This document shows positions 1 through 10,059 of a stretch of 24,629 nucleotides of DNA, in pieces. The translations under genes and the position numbers were made by a program. Source of the DNA: Candidatus Heimdallarchaeota archaeon (GTDB lineage Archaea > Asgardarchaeota > Heimdallarchaeia > Hodarchaeales > Hodarchaeaceae); NCBI GenBank assembly GCA_019057635.1, contig DXJL01000034.1:1-24629 (forward strand). The letters run 5' to 3'. Position 1 is the stretch's first letter, and each line of letters begins with the position of its first letter. The notes below the pieces were generated by a model that ran no database searches, was not told the origin of the DNA, and was given only the letters and a program-made list of their open reading frames with translations.

Positions 1-486
1 TAATGCTCGTGCGATTCCAATACGCTGTTGTTCACCCCCTGAAAGTTCATCAGGATAATTATCGACTTTATCCCATAATCCAACTTGCTTTAGCAGGGAG
101 ATTGCTCTTGTTCGGATTTCTTTACTTTTGATCTTTAAAGGATACAGGGGACTTTCAATATTTTCTAAAGCTGTCAATGTCCGTATCAATTCCCAATTTT
201 GAAATATAAAACCTATATTTTCTTGTCGGAATTTCGAGAGCCTTTCTTCTTCCCACCCTGAAATATCCTCATCGTTAAAGATGATTTTTCCTCCGGTAGG
301 TTTATCTAAACCTGATAATACGTTCAATAATGTAGATTTTCCAGATCCAGAGGGTCCAGTAACCATGATTAATTTTCCGATAGGTATCTCAAGATCGACA
401 TCGTTAACCGCGACTACAACCTCTTTTCTTCCTCTAATATATTCCTTTGTTAGATTTTTGGCTTCGATTAATGTGTTGGAACTCAT
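1..486 (-). CDS. ABC transporter ATP-binding protein, LolD/MacB-like (3' end runs off the window)
   Basis: Not in the ORF track. Manual translation from ATG 486 gives MSSNTLIEAKNLTKEY...GPSGSGKST (Walker A)...IGFIFQ (Q-loop)...LSGGEQQRIGIARAL (ABC signature). GAGGT lies upstream, and the start is 12 bp after the permease stop. Confidence 0.93.
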   Translation of the reverse strand, partial: MSSNTLIEAKNLTKEYIRGRKEVVVAVNDVDLEIPIGKLIMVTGPSGSGKSTLLNVLSGLDKPTGGKIIFNDEDISGWEEERLSKFRQENIGFIFQNWELIRTLTALENIESPLYPLKIKSKEIRTRAISLLKQVGLWDKVDNYPDELSGGEQQRIGIARAL

Positions 487-498
487 TTTACTACCTCA

Positions 499-1719
499 TT
501 ACTTCTGTCGGAAAATTTCAATTGGACGTACTCCTAAGATACGGGTGGTTATAATGATAAATCCTGGTATACTTGAGAGAACTACAGCAAGAAACGATAG
601 CAGAGCTGTTGAACTGAAAACAATATTGAAAACATAAGCACTTGATCTTGTAAGATAAATAAAAGCTTGAATACCTAATAATCCAAAAGTAAAACCAGTT
701 ACCGCAACAACAAGAATTTCACTTAGTACCACGGTCCGCACACTCCATTTTGAATAACCCATTGCCTTCAGTACTGCGACTTCTCTTCTACGGAAGCGAG
801 TAATTAAATATGCATACAAAGTACTCACCACAAACGTTCCAAAGAGACCAAATACCAATGATAAGAACATCATGTTGCGTAGTTCATCTTTCTCAGATTT
901 TGGTGTATAATCGGGTTCGTAGAAATTGGCACCTGCTCCTTGGCTCAATGGTCTTAATACTGAAGCAAGTTGATCGACATTTGAATAAGTTTGGCCACTA
1001 AAAACGTCTCCTCCAGCAATAACCGTAATTGAATGGATATAAACCTCATTCTTGGCTAAATCAAGGTGTGATCCATCAATGAGCGTTGCAAAAGCTTTTT
1101 CAGTCAGGAATATCCATTCTCGAGTAACGTCCTCCTCTGCAGCTGCGGGTTTCTTGAATATACCCGAGATAGATAATTTGAAAGGGTCATCAGCACTACT
1201 TCCAAGTGTGAAGGAGGTTCCCAGACCTGGTTTCGTATAGATTTGATTTCCTCCCTCTGCATCTGCTAAAGTCATCAATATATCTTCAGAGACCAAAACT
1301 TGATGTGTACTATAAGGAAAATGTCCTTTTGCAAGATTATTTGGTTTTAAATCCGAAAATGCCCATGGGTAGCTTGGGTTCATGCTGAAAATTCGTAAAG
1401 TGGATCCAAAGTCGACATATTTGTAGAATATTACTTTTGAGGCTCCAGCTAAAGTCTGGCCATCATCAATTCCAATTCCAACTGGGCTATTGCTTTCAGC
1501 CTCAAGTAATGACAATGGGGAAGCTGTACCGAACGCAGGTGCCTTTAATACAATCCCTCTTTGATCCAATAATTCTTGACGTGAAAAACCATCAAAATAG
1601 TTGATAAGTATTATCGTTGCTCCACTAAGTATTGCAAATACTGCTACAAATGTAAAGAATCGTCTGCGGGAGCGTGTACTAAAGACAATGGATTTTGTTA
1701 GTAGTTTTAATTGACCCAT
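499..1719 (-). CDS. ABC transporter permease, FtsX/LolE-like
   Basis: One N-terminal TM, a large extracytoplasmic domain, then C-terminal TMs with the FtsX-type motif RRREVAVLKAMG. AGGAG upstream; co-oriented with the ATPase. Confidence 0.88.
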   Translation of the reverse strand: MGQLKLLTKSIVFSTRSRRRFFTFVAVFAILSGATIILINYFDGFSRQELLDQRGIVLKAPAFGTASPLSLLEAESNSPVGIGIDDGQTLAGASKVIFYKYVDFGSTLRIFSMNPSYPWAFSDLKPNNLAKGHFPYSTHQVLVSEDILMTLADAEGGNQIYTKPGLGTSFTLGSSADDPFKLSISGIFKKPAAAEEDVTREWIFLTEKAFATLIDGSHLDLAKNEVYIHSITVIAGGDVFSGQTYSNVDQLASVLRPLSQGAGANFYEPDYTPKSEKDELRNMMFLSLVFGLFGTFVVSTLYAYLITRFRRREVAVLKAMGYSKWSVRTVVLSEILVVAVTGFTFGLLGIQAFIYLTRSSAYVFNIVFSSTALLSFLAVVLSSIPGFIIITTRILGVRPIEIFRQK

Positions 1720-1995
1720 GTTATATCTCTCCTAAGTTATTTAGTTTTCAGATTTACTTGTTGTGCGTCCCTTTTCACAATATTCTTGATGTTTCATGCA
1801 TGAACTCTCACTGTTTATTCAATAAAACGCAATAATCAGAATGATATAAGCTAATCCATTACATAAACAATGCTAAATGGATACTCAAATTCGAAGGTCT
1901 AAAACGATTTTTCCCTATGATTACTCCACTTTGCAGAATCCCTCGGTTAATGATAATTCCTAAATATTGGTTTGAACTTTCGAAGATTTCGTTGA

Positions 1996-3357
1996 ATGAT
2001 GGGGTTCGAAATAAACATTTGGATAGATACGTTCAAAGCGAAAGAACAGGAGTTCAAAAATTGGATTAGAGAGCATTCTTTTCTGACTACAATGATTTTA
2101 TTCATTTGTATTAAATTTGCTATGCTTTTTATATTTATAGAACTTTTTAACCTCCTTGGAGAAACAGTTTGGGACAATAATTACCCAAGATTTCATTCTG
2201 GGATAGAATTCTTTGATTTACTCGGAACTCGCTGGGATAGTAATATCTATATTCCCATGGCGAAAAATGGTTATGCCCCTATAAATTCTTCCACCGATTA
2301 CCGTGCTTGGGTATTTCCTCCACTATATCCTTTCTTAATTAATATACTTGTACAAATATCTCCTATTGAGCTTCATTATACTGTCTCAGCTGTCATTATC
2401 ACAAATATTTTCTCGGTAACTTCAGTAATGGCCTTTTATTTGATGGCTAGACATTATTTAGATGAGGTAAAATCTATTTATGCAACTCTGTTCTTTGCTT
2501 TTTTTCCACCTGTTTTCGTATTTTCTACAGTAGCCTATTCTGAACCTATTTACTTAACTTTTGTCATTTTATCTTGGTATTTCTTTGAAAAACAACGCTA
2601 TCCACTTGCAGGTCTCTTTTTAGCAATTTCTACATTTGCTAGATACGAGGGAGCACTTTTCTTCTTCCTTTATGCAGCAATTTATTTCGGACGATGCATT
2701 AGAGAAAGGAATGAAAGACTATTTGCTGGTTCTTTGCTCGCTATTCCATTTTTCCCAATCATAATCTTGATTAAAACTACGACTATTATCCGAAAACGAG
2801 TATTTTCATTTAGAGAACAACTTTCCATTACTCATGAAGAAAAAATTAAAAGTCCTGAGGAACCACATCAAATTCTTGATTTTTTGAATACAGAACTGAG
2901 TTGGGTTTTAATTTGGGGAATCTTCCCATTGTTATGGTTACTTCATGTAGATGCAACTGCTCCTCTTCCTCTGGGAGATTTACGAAAGATGTTTTGGGGA
3001 GCAGATTTTGATGGATTTTTTTCAGGGTTTTTCGAGATGCTTGACATGGGAGATATTCGATGGTTATTAGAAAAATACTCGTTTGTATTTTTAATAGCAA
3101 TCATTGGTTTCTTTCCTCTTAGAAAGTGGCCCAGCTTTTCATTAGCAATAATTGGTCAAGTAATTCTATATGCAAGTTATTCAGCAGCAGGTTGGTCAAT
3201 TGTCAGGTATATCGGATCGATTTTTCATCCTCACGTTGTCTTAACAGATGAATTATCCAATTCTCCTAAAATCTTTTTGCTTATCCTCAGCTTCTTCCTT
3301 CTTTATAGCTTTAAGGTGTTATGGTCATTCACCCATTGGTCTTTGTGGCTCATTTGA
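1996..3357 (+). CDS. GT-C fold glycosyltransferase, PIG-V/mannosyltransferase-2-like
   Basis: Polytopic membrane protein with RWDSNIY..MA..GY, AWVFPPLYP and YSEPIY, which resemble the WD/FxPxYP/YSE motifs of the PIG-V family. Confidence 0.75.
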   Translation: MMGFEINIWIDTFKAKEQEFKNWIREHSFLTTMILFICIKFAMLFIFIELFNLLGETVWDNNYPRFHSGIEFFDLLGTRWDSNIYIPMAKNGYAPINSSTDYRAWVFPPLYPFLINILVQISPIELHYTVSAVIITNIFSVTSVMAFYLMARHYLDEVKSIYATLFFAFFPPVFVFSTVAYSEPIYLTFVILSWYFFEKQRYPLAGLFLAISTFARYEGALFFFLYAAIYFGRCIRERNERLFAGSLLAIPFFPIIILIKTTTIIRKRVFSFREQLSITHEEKIKSPEEPHQILDFLNTELSWVLIWGIFPLLWLLHVDATAPLPLGDLRKMFWGADFDGFFSGFFEMLDMGDIRWLLEKYSFVFLIAIIGFFPLRKWPSFSLAIIGQVILYASYSAAGWSIVRYIGSIFHPHVVLTDELSNSPKIFLLILSFFLLYSFKVLWSFTHWSLWLI

Positions 3358-3433
3358 AGATAGACATTATCATCAAATCCTCCAAATGAATTGGATTGGA
3401 TTCGGTAATCTACTTTCTATGAGATCCGATTTT

Positions 3434-4180
3434 TCAGTTTGATTTACTTTTTTTGGCCCATTTTCTTATCCCCCAAAAACGAAAGACTACTACCTTCACT
3501 AAAAGTTCAAATGCTGTAATCCAACTTGTATTTGATCTTCCATGTGTCCTTTCATTAAATTTTACAGAAATTGAAGACATTTTTCTTTTACTCACTAATT
3601 TGAGAGCTTTTAGAAATGCCTCCCCATCAAGAAACCAACCTTCGTTCTGTAAATTAAGTTTCGGTAGGAGGTCAACATGGAAGAATTTTGGAGATCCATT
3701 TATGTCCTTTATCCTTTTAAGAAATAGGAGTGATACTATAGCGTTGAATCCGAAAGATTGAATTCTACGCCACATGGAATAATTTCTCTCATATCTTTCA
3801 ACTTTGATGAAGTCCAATGAACTTGAAATGAGTGTGTTAATTGTTTTATTCACATCTTTTCCACTGATTTGGTTATCAGATGGAGCCCAACCAATATAAT
3901 CGGGAACAAAATCAGTAGGGATCTTAAGAGCTTCTAATATGGATTTTCCATATTCGAAAGTATTTTCACGATGAATAGGAGTGATCGATGAATATTTCTG
4001 AGCTAAAGAAGAAATTATTGCTCCAGTATTGTCTTTGGATCCATTATCAATCAGTAATATTGCGAGTTCAACTTCAGTTGATATGTTTTCCATCAATTCA
4101 TGTATGAATTCCTGAACATTCCCTTCTTCATTTAAACAGGTGACAATCAACTTTACAGCAAGCTTCTTTTTGTGTGTCAT
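3434..4180 (-). CDS. GT2 glycosyltransferase, polyprenol-phosphate glycosyltransferase (DPM1/GtrB-like)
   Basis: TCLNEEGNV, IDNGSKDNT, YGKSI, PSDNQ (DxD-like), KDINGSPK, FNERTHGRS. Confidence 0.85.
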   Translation of the reverse strand: MTHKKKLAVKLIVTCLNEEGNVQEFIHELMENISTEVELAILLIDNGSKDNTGAIISSLAQKYSSITPIHRENTFEYGKSILEALKIPTDFVPDYIGWAPSDNQISGKDVNKTINTLISSSLDFIKVERYERNYSMWRRIQSFGFNAIVSLLFLKRIKDINGSPKFFHVDLLPKLNLQNEGWFLDGEAFLKALKLVSKRKMSSISVKFNERTHGRSNTSWITAFELLVKVVVFRFWGIRKWAKKSKSN

Positions 4181-4346
4181 CTTGGTTTACACCACCCAGG
4201 ATTGTATTTAATTTCCTAACAATATTAAAAGGATAAAGTTGCATCGTTACAGCTAAGATTGCTAGAAGGAATCGTTTAGACTGATTAGAACAGCCAATGA
4301 GTATCTTATAAAGCATTTTCCCTTAATGCGTTGACAATTTAATTAC

Positions 4347-5327
4347 TCATCTCTTTCCGTAATACTGTGATTTAAACCACTCAATAGTGCTATTTAGGCC
4401 TTTTTCCAAGCTTATTCGTGGTTCCCATCCTAATAATCGTTTAGCTTTGCTATTATCACAGTACATGTCCCAGATTTCATTTGGTCTATAGGATATGGCA
4501 CCAAATTTAAGTTTATCTATTGATTCAAGCTTTCCGCCTATATTGAGAGCAATATCACGAACTTTTACTGATTCCCCATATCCAATATTGATAATTTCCC
4601 CATGAATTTCAGAATTAGCTAGTGAAAGCAAAATAGCATCAATTAAGTTGTCGATATAATTAAATTCTCGCTTTTGCTCTCCTTCAGTCAACTTAACCTC
4701 TCTACCATTTAACAGTTCAGTTATTATATACGGGATGACTCTATTTGGTTGTTGATATTTTCCAAATACATTAAATCCTCTAAGAACGACAACGGGAAGA
4801 TCATAGACTTTACTAAACATAAGAGAATATAATTCAGATGCAACTTTTGACACAGAATACGGTGATGCTGGAATAACATTCTGAGTCTCTTGGAAAGGAG
4901 GAGCTACACCACCATAAACATCACTGGAGCTTAAGAAAATAAATTTATCGATTTTCTGTGAATTTGCAGCCTCCAAGAGATTCAATGTACCCCTAATATT
5001 AATGTCAACAGATTGATGAGCATGGTAAAAATCTCTTGTTAGGTTAGTCATTGATGCTAAATGGATAATATAGTCAGGATTCACCTGCTCAACTGTATGA
5101 AGAATTTCTTCACGATTTCTAATATCCTTATTATAAAATTCAACCTCATCCTTTTTGAATGGAATAAAATTCTGATCAAACTCGTTCCCATTAGATAGAA
5201 AATCTAGTATCGTGGGTTTAATTCTGTTTGAAAGTAATTTAATTACCAGATTCGTCCCGACAAATCCAATTCCTCCAGTAATCAAGATTTTTTTCTTTGA
5301 AATTGCTTCTAAATCGATCTTTTTCAT
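4347..5327 (-). CDS. NAD-dependent epimerase/dehydratase/4-reductase (extended SDR)
   Basis: TGGIGFVG Rossmann motif, SSSDVYG, YSVSK catalytic YxxxK, LGWEP. Confidence 0.9.
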   Translation of the reverse strand: MKKIDLEAISKKKILITGGIGFVGTNLVIKLLSNRIKPTILDFLSNGNEFDQNFIPFKKDEVEFYNKDIRNREEILHTVEQVNPDYIIHLASMTNLTRDFYHAHQSVDINIRGTLNLLEAANSQKIDKFIFLSSSDVYGGVAPPFQETQNVIPASPYSVSKVASELYSLMFSKVYDLPVVVLRGFNVFGKYQQPNRVIPYIITELLNGREVKLTEGEQKREFNYIDNLIDAILLSLANSEIHGEIINIGYGESVKVRDIALNIGGKLESIDKLKFGAISYRPNEIWDMYCDNSKAKRLLGWEPRISLEKGLNSTIEWFKSQYYGKR

Positions 5328-5594
5328 TTAACCAACCTTATTTCTGTTTTGTGAGAAAAATTTCAATTATTTCATTTCTCTATCAAAAATCTACTTGTGA
5401 TTAACTTACTAGAAGTAAACTTCGTTTTGTAAAGAATTATATTCCAATTCTTCAAGTTTACTAAAGAATTATCGTGCTTAATGAAGACTGGTTTTTGAAA
5501 GGAGATATTAAAAATTCTATCTTTAACTTGTAAAAATGAAATAAACTTAGTTATCAACGTATAAGGTAAAATTTCACGATAGAATGTGTTATTT

Positions 5595-6407
5595 ATGAAG
5601 ACAGTTATTTTCTGTGGCGGTAGAGGAACAAGAATTCGTGAAGTAACTGACAATGCGATTCCCAAACCACTGGTACAAATTGGTAAATTCCCTATATTAT
5701 GGCATATCATGAATCACTATGCTTACTACAATTACAAGGAATTTATATTGTGTTTAGGATATCTGGGATGGCAGATTAAGAGTTATTTTCTAAATTTCAA
5801 AGCAATGGCAAACAATTTTACAATCCAAATCGATAAACCTGATAATATCAAGTATTATAATGACAGTAATCATGAAATCGACTGGCAAACGACATTAGTA
5901 GAAACTGGAGAAAATGCACAAACAGGTGCAAGAGTACGGAAAGTCAGGAAATTCGTTGAAAATGATGATATTTTCATGTTAACCTATGGAGATGGTCTGT
6001 CTGATGTCAATATCGACGATTTAGTCAGCTTTCACAGGATTCACAAAAAAATTGGGACTGTGACAGGCGTTAGACCAAGTGGTCGGTTTGGTGAAATCGA
6101 AGTTACCGATAATAATCAAATATCGGAGTTTAATGAAAAACCGCAAACAACAGGTGGAAGAATTAATGGTGGGTTCTTTGTATTTGATTCGAAAAGAATA
6201 TGGGATTATCTACCTGAAGGTGAAGATTTAAATTTCGAAATGGGACCATTACGTGAATTAGCGAAAGATGGAGAACTTATGATGTTTCCCCATGATGGAT
6301 TTTGGCAACCCATGGATACTTATAGAGAATATCAGTTATTAAACCATATCTGGGAAGATGGTAAAATAACAGGTAATATTCCTTGGCCTGGTGAAAAGTT
6401 TCGATAA
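5595..6407 (+). CDS. rfbF: Glucose-1-phosphate cytidylyltransferase
   Basis: MKTVIFCGGRGTR, PKPLVQIG..PILWHIM, LTYGDG, GRFG, INGGFFV, GFWQPMDT. ATG 5595 preferred over GTG 5586. Confidence 0.93.
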   Translation: MKTVIFCGGRGTRIREVTDNAIPKPLVQIGKFPILWHIMNHYAYYNYKEFILCLGYLGWQIKSYFLNFKAMANNFTIQIDKPDNIKYYNDSNHEIDWQTTLVETGENAQTGARVRKVRKFVENDDIFMLTYGDGLSDVNIDDLVSFHRIHKKIGTVTGVRPSGRFGEIEVTDNNQISEFNEKPQTTGGRINGGFFVFDSKRIWDYLPEGEDLNFEMGPLRELAKDGELMMFPHDGFWQPMDTYREYQLLNHIWEDGKITGNIPWPGEKFR

Positions 6408-7596
6408 CCTGACAAAAGAACCGGTTAGACCCCTAAAAAGAAGTGATTACTTGTCAACAGTAGACAGAAAAAACTTAGATTATCAAGGAAAAAATGTTCT
6501 TGTAACTGGACATACGGGTTTCAAAGGATCCTGGTTAGTCATGTGGCTCAAAGCACTTGGAGCAGATGTTACAGGTTATTCCTTAGAACCCAATACAACA
6601 CCAAGTATTTTTGAGACTGCTAAGCTAAGCAATAAAGTGAACCACGTCATTGGGGATATTCGTGATGAGGAACATCTAGCAGAAGTTTTCAAAAAATTGA
6701 ATCCTGAATACGTTTTTCATCTCGCTTCTCAACCGATTGTGCGAGAATCATACAAAGATCCTAAGTACACATACGAAACTAATATCATGGGTTTGGTTAA
6801 CCTGTTTGAGGTTGTACGCCGAACTCCCTCAGTAAAAACGGTGCTTAACATTACAAGTGATAAATGTTATGAGAATAAAGAATGGATTTGGGGATATCGG
6901 GAAAATGATCCTTTAGGTGGGAACGATCCTTACAGTTCTAGTAAAGCCTGTTCTGAAATTGTTACAAACGCCTACAGAAAATCATTTTTTTCGCAACAGG
7001 CCCTCTCAAAGAATAAAGTAGCAATAGCTTCAGCAAGAGCAGGAAATGTTGTCGGAGGAGGTGACTGGGCAAAAGATCGAATTATTCCAGACTGTATTAG
7101 GGCATTAATTGAACATTTGCCGGTAGAAATTCGCAATCCTCATGCTATACGCCCTTGGCAGCATGTTCTTGAACCAATCGCTGGATATTTATGGTTAGGA
7201 CTTTTATTACGGAAAAATACTGAAAAATATACCTCTGCATGGAATTTTTGTCCAAATAAAGGCCAAGATATTGCTGTTAACGATTTGGTAGACTTATTAA
7301 TCCAGAATTGGGGCGAAGGATCTTGGAAACCAGCTAAAGATGCAGATTTACAGCCAGAGGAAGCACATTATTTGAAACTTGACTGTATGAAAGCTCACCA
7401 CCAACTCCATTGGCATGGACTCTTAAATATAGAAGAAACCATTAAAATGACCATAAGCTGGTATCGGTGTCATTATGATCAATCAGTGTGCATTTATGGG
7501 TTTAGTTTAAAACAAATCGAACAATACATATCCATTGCCCAAGAAAGAAATATGAAGTGGTTATCTTCTTTAGAAATCACAAATCAATTCCGTTAG
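6391..7596 (+). CDS. rfbG: CDP-glucose 4,6-dehydratase
   Basis: VTGHTGFKGSWL, HLASQPIVR.SY, TSDKCY, DPYSSSK, RAGNVVGGGDW, RPWQHVLEP. Overlaps the rfbF stop; exact start uncertain. Confidence 0.93.
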   Translation: MKSFDNLTKEPVRPLKRSDYLSTVDRKNLDYQGKNVLVTGHTGFKGSWLVMWLKALGADVTGYSLEPNTTPSIFETAKLSNKVNHVIGDIRDEEHLAEVFKKLNPEYVFHLASQPIVRESYKDPKYTYETNIMGLVNLFEVVRRTPSVKTVLNITSDKCYENKEWIWGYRENDPLGGNDPYSSSKACSEIVTNAYRKSFFSQQALSKNKVAIASARAGNVVGGGDWAKDRIIPDCIRALIEHLPVEIRNPHAIRPWQHVLEPIAGYLWLGLLLRKNTEKYTSAWNFCPNKGQDIAVNDLVDLLIQNWGEGSWKPAKDADLQPEEAHYLKLDCMKAHHQLHWHGLLNIEETIKMTISWYRCHYDQSVCIYGFSLKQIEQYISIAQERNMKWLSSLEITNQFR

Positions 7597-7612
7597 AATT
7601 CATACATCTTGA

Positions 7613-8050
7613 ATGGAAGGGTGTCTACAATTGAATGCACTGAAAAGCGAAGAATTTCAAACTCTAACCCAATTTTTTAAATTTGCAATCGTGGGCGCTA
7701 CTGGTACTGTTCTATCGCTTACTATTTTGTATTGTCTTACTGAAATTGGGCATTTTCCATATTGGATGGCACTACCGATTGGCTACTTCTTGGGGATTAC
7801 AAATAATTTTCTTTTGAACCGAAAGTTTACGTTTAAATCCACAGATAAACCATTTCTAGCTCAATATTCAGAATACGTTGTTTCCATGATATTTGGAGCC
7901 TTAGGTTATACAATATCTACGATCCTCTTAACTGAAATCTTCAAAATTTGGTACTTCCTTTCTGCTGTGCTTTCTGTGGGTGTTAGTACAATCATTGACT
8001 TTACACTTAGTAAAATCTGGGTATTTAGAAAAAACGGAAATTCGACATAA
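7613..8050 (+). CDS. GtrA family lipid-linked sugar flippase-like protein
   Basis: Four TMs; QFFKFAIVGATGT, NNFLLNRKFTF, SKIWVF. Confidence 0.88.
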   Translation: MEGCLQLNALKSEEFQTLTQFFKFAIVGATGTVLSLTILYCLTEIGHFPYWMALPIGYFLGITNNFLLNRKFTFKSTDKPFLAQYSEYVVSMIFGALGYTISTILLTEIFKIWYFLSAVLSVGVSTIIDFTLSKIWVFRKNGNST

Positions 8051-8202
8051 TTTCACTGTATTTCTGGCAGATTAAGTTAATTTTTTATTTAGTAATTCTA
8101 TCATCGTTAAACCAGTTCCCCCTCCATAAAGATACAGACTTTAAGCCTTTTCAAGGAATTCACATAATTTTAGTCTCAATAAGTCAAAATCAAAATATTA
8201 AA

Positions 8203-10047
8203 ATGAGTAAAATGACTTTTCAATCATTTAAATCGTATATTACTTGGAAAAAATTCACAAAAGTATTTTCTCTACGAGGGAAATTACTCTTATTTGTCTT
8301 CATTGTTTATATGATCACTATTCCTCTTACACTCCAAGGGCCCAATGCTACCTCTCGCTTCTTAGTAACCAAGTCAATTGTTGAAGAAGGAAGATTCTGG
8401 TTTCCTGTAGAATACATTGAGGAAGGTAGCCAATATTGGCTTTCTCCCGACTATGCACTGATCGATGATAAATTATATAGTGATAAAGCACCAGGTGTTG
8501 CTTTCATTTCGATTCCATTCTTCATCCTTGGTAAAAATCTTGGAAATTTTTTGATGGATTTGTGGCCAACTTTAGATTCAATTGTTTCTTCTTATATTGG
8601 CTATTTACCAGATAATGATATTTTGGCAGTTGTAGGTATTCAAATAGGCCTATGTTTATTAGCTGCTTTCGGTATACTTCGCTTGTACGATGTTAGTAGG
8701 ATGATGGGAGTTTCGGAACGTAGTAGTGCCTTAGGTGCATTACTTACAGCCTTTACAACACCATATTGGGTATATGCAAGAACTATGTTTGGCCACGTCC
8801 CTGCAGCAGTTTTCTTAATTAGTAGTGTTTATCATGTTTTGAAATATAGGGAAAGTAAAAACAATTATCATTTGATTGCTGCAGGATTTTTTAGTGGATT
8901 TGGTTTTGTCATTGAATTTCCCTCTCTTTTTGCAATCCCTTGGTTAACCATGTTGATTCTATTGCCTATTAGCCGGAATAATTTTTCTTGGAAAGAGAGC
9001 TTCAAATCTGTTTTTATTTATGGAACAGCAACGACTTTATCTGCTTTTCCTCTCTTTTACTACAATTATACAAACTTTGGTAGCATTCTAGCGAACGTCT
9101 TATCGTTTTCACATATTTGGGCCTCTACATTACATCTTTTAGAACCGGTTCATGAAGGAATTGTAGTATTGCTACTAAATGACAGTCGAGGATTAATATA
9201 TTTCAGTCCAATTGTGTTATTTGGATTTGCCGGTTTATTTATTGCTTATAGACGTTATCCTGTTGAGATAATGATCATATTCTCACTTATATTATCCTTC
9301 ATTATTTTCTACGGGAAAAAATATGAAGCTCATGGAGGTGCTGCATTCGGTCCTCGCTATATTGTTCCAATTCTGCTATTAATCGGTATAGGATTTGGGA
9401 TAATACTTGATTCTATGAGAAATTCCTCTTTGACTCAGGGAGGTATGATAGTAACAGGTATATGGTCTTTTTTCAGTACAACCCTTGGAGCATTATATGC
9501 AGTTTTAATATTTGATTTCAATAAAAATCCTCTTTTTGAAGAAGCTTTGGGGAAATTTAATGATGGAGCGTTAAATACTCCAATCCTAAGGTACTTAATT
9601 GAAAGATTTCCAGAAGTAGGAGGATCACTCATTGGGTTAATTATTGCAATCATTACTATGGTTGTTGTATTTAGGATTCTTCTTTTCCTTGGAGAATTTT
9701 CCTATGAGGTTATATTTAAATTAAGCAAACAGCAGGTAATACCAAGAGAAATAAATGATTATGAATTTGTCCAAGCATATTCAGTTTTCGCCCTTGGAAA
9801 CTTCTTATTTGTTTTTGTATATTTTACTGAATTAGCATATATTTTATCTGCAACCTATATTCAACTGTGGGAGGAAAATAATCAAACAATTTTTGAGAAA
9901 ATTCTCCCAGCAAGTGAGTTATGGTTCATAATCGCTTTGGGCATATTGACTCTTCATAGCTTATGGAATTTATTGTGGTATTACCACCCCCAACTTTCAG
10001 ATTTATTCCAGAATCTAATCACTCGGAGAAAAAAGGACTCTGAATAA
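8203..10047 (+). CDS. GT-C fold (PMT/ArnT-like) membrane glycosyltransferase
   Basis: More than 10 hydrophobic segments; luminal loop YSDKAPG, PYWVYA, RGLIYFSP, FGPRYIVP; lies directly after gtrA. Confidence 0.7.
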   Translation: MSKMTFQSFKSYITWKKFTKVFSLRGKLLLFVFIVYMITIPLTLQGPNATSRFLVTKSIVEEGRFWFPVEYIEEGSQYWLSPDYALIDDKLYSDKAPGVAFISIPFFILGKNLGNFLMDLWPTLDSIVSSYIGYLPDNDILAVVGIQIGLCLLAAFGILRLYDVSRMMGVSERSSALGALLTAFTTPYWVYARTMFGHVPAAVFLISSVYHVLKYRESKNNYHLIAAGFFSGFGFVIEFPSLFAIPWLTMLILLPISRNNFSWKESFKSVFIYGTATTLSAFPLFYYNYTNFGSILANVLSFSHIWASTLHLLEPVHEGIVVLLLNDSRGLIYFSPIVLFGFAGLFIAYRRYPVEIMIIFSLILSFIIFYGKKYEAHGGAAFGPRYIVPILLLIGIGFGIILDSMRNSSLTQGGMIVTGIWSFFSTTLGALYAVLIFDFNKNPLFEEALGKFNDGALNTPILRYLIERFPEVGGSLIGLIIAIITMVVVFRILLFLGEFSYEVIFKLSKQQVIPREINDYEFVQAYSVFALGNFLFVFVYFTELAYILSATYIQLWEENNQTIFEKILPASELWFIIALGILTLHSLWNLLWYYHPQLSDLFQNLITRRKKDSE

Positions 10048-10059
10048 CTGATGTATTCT

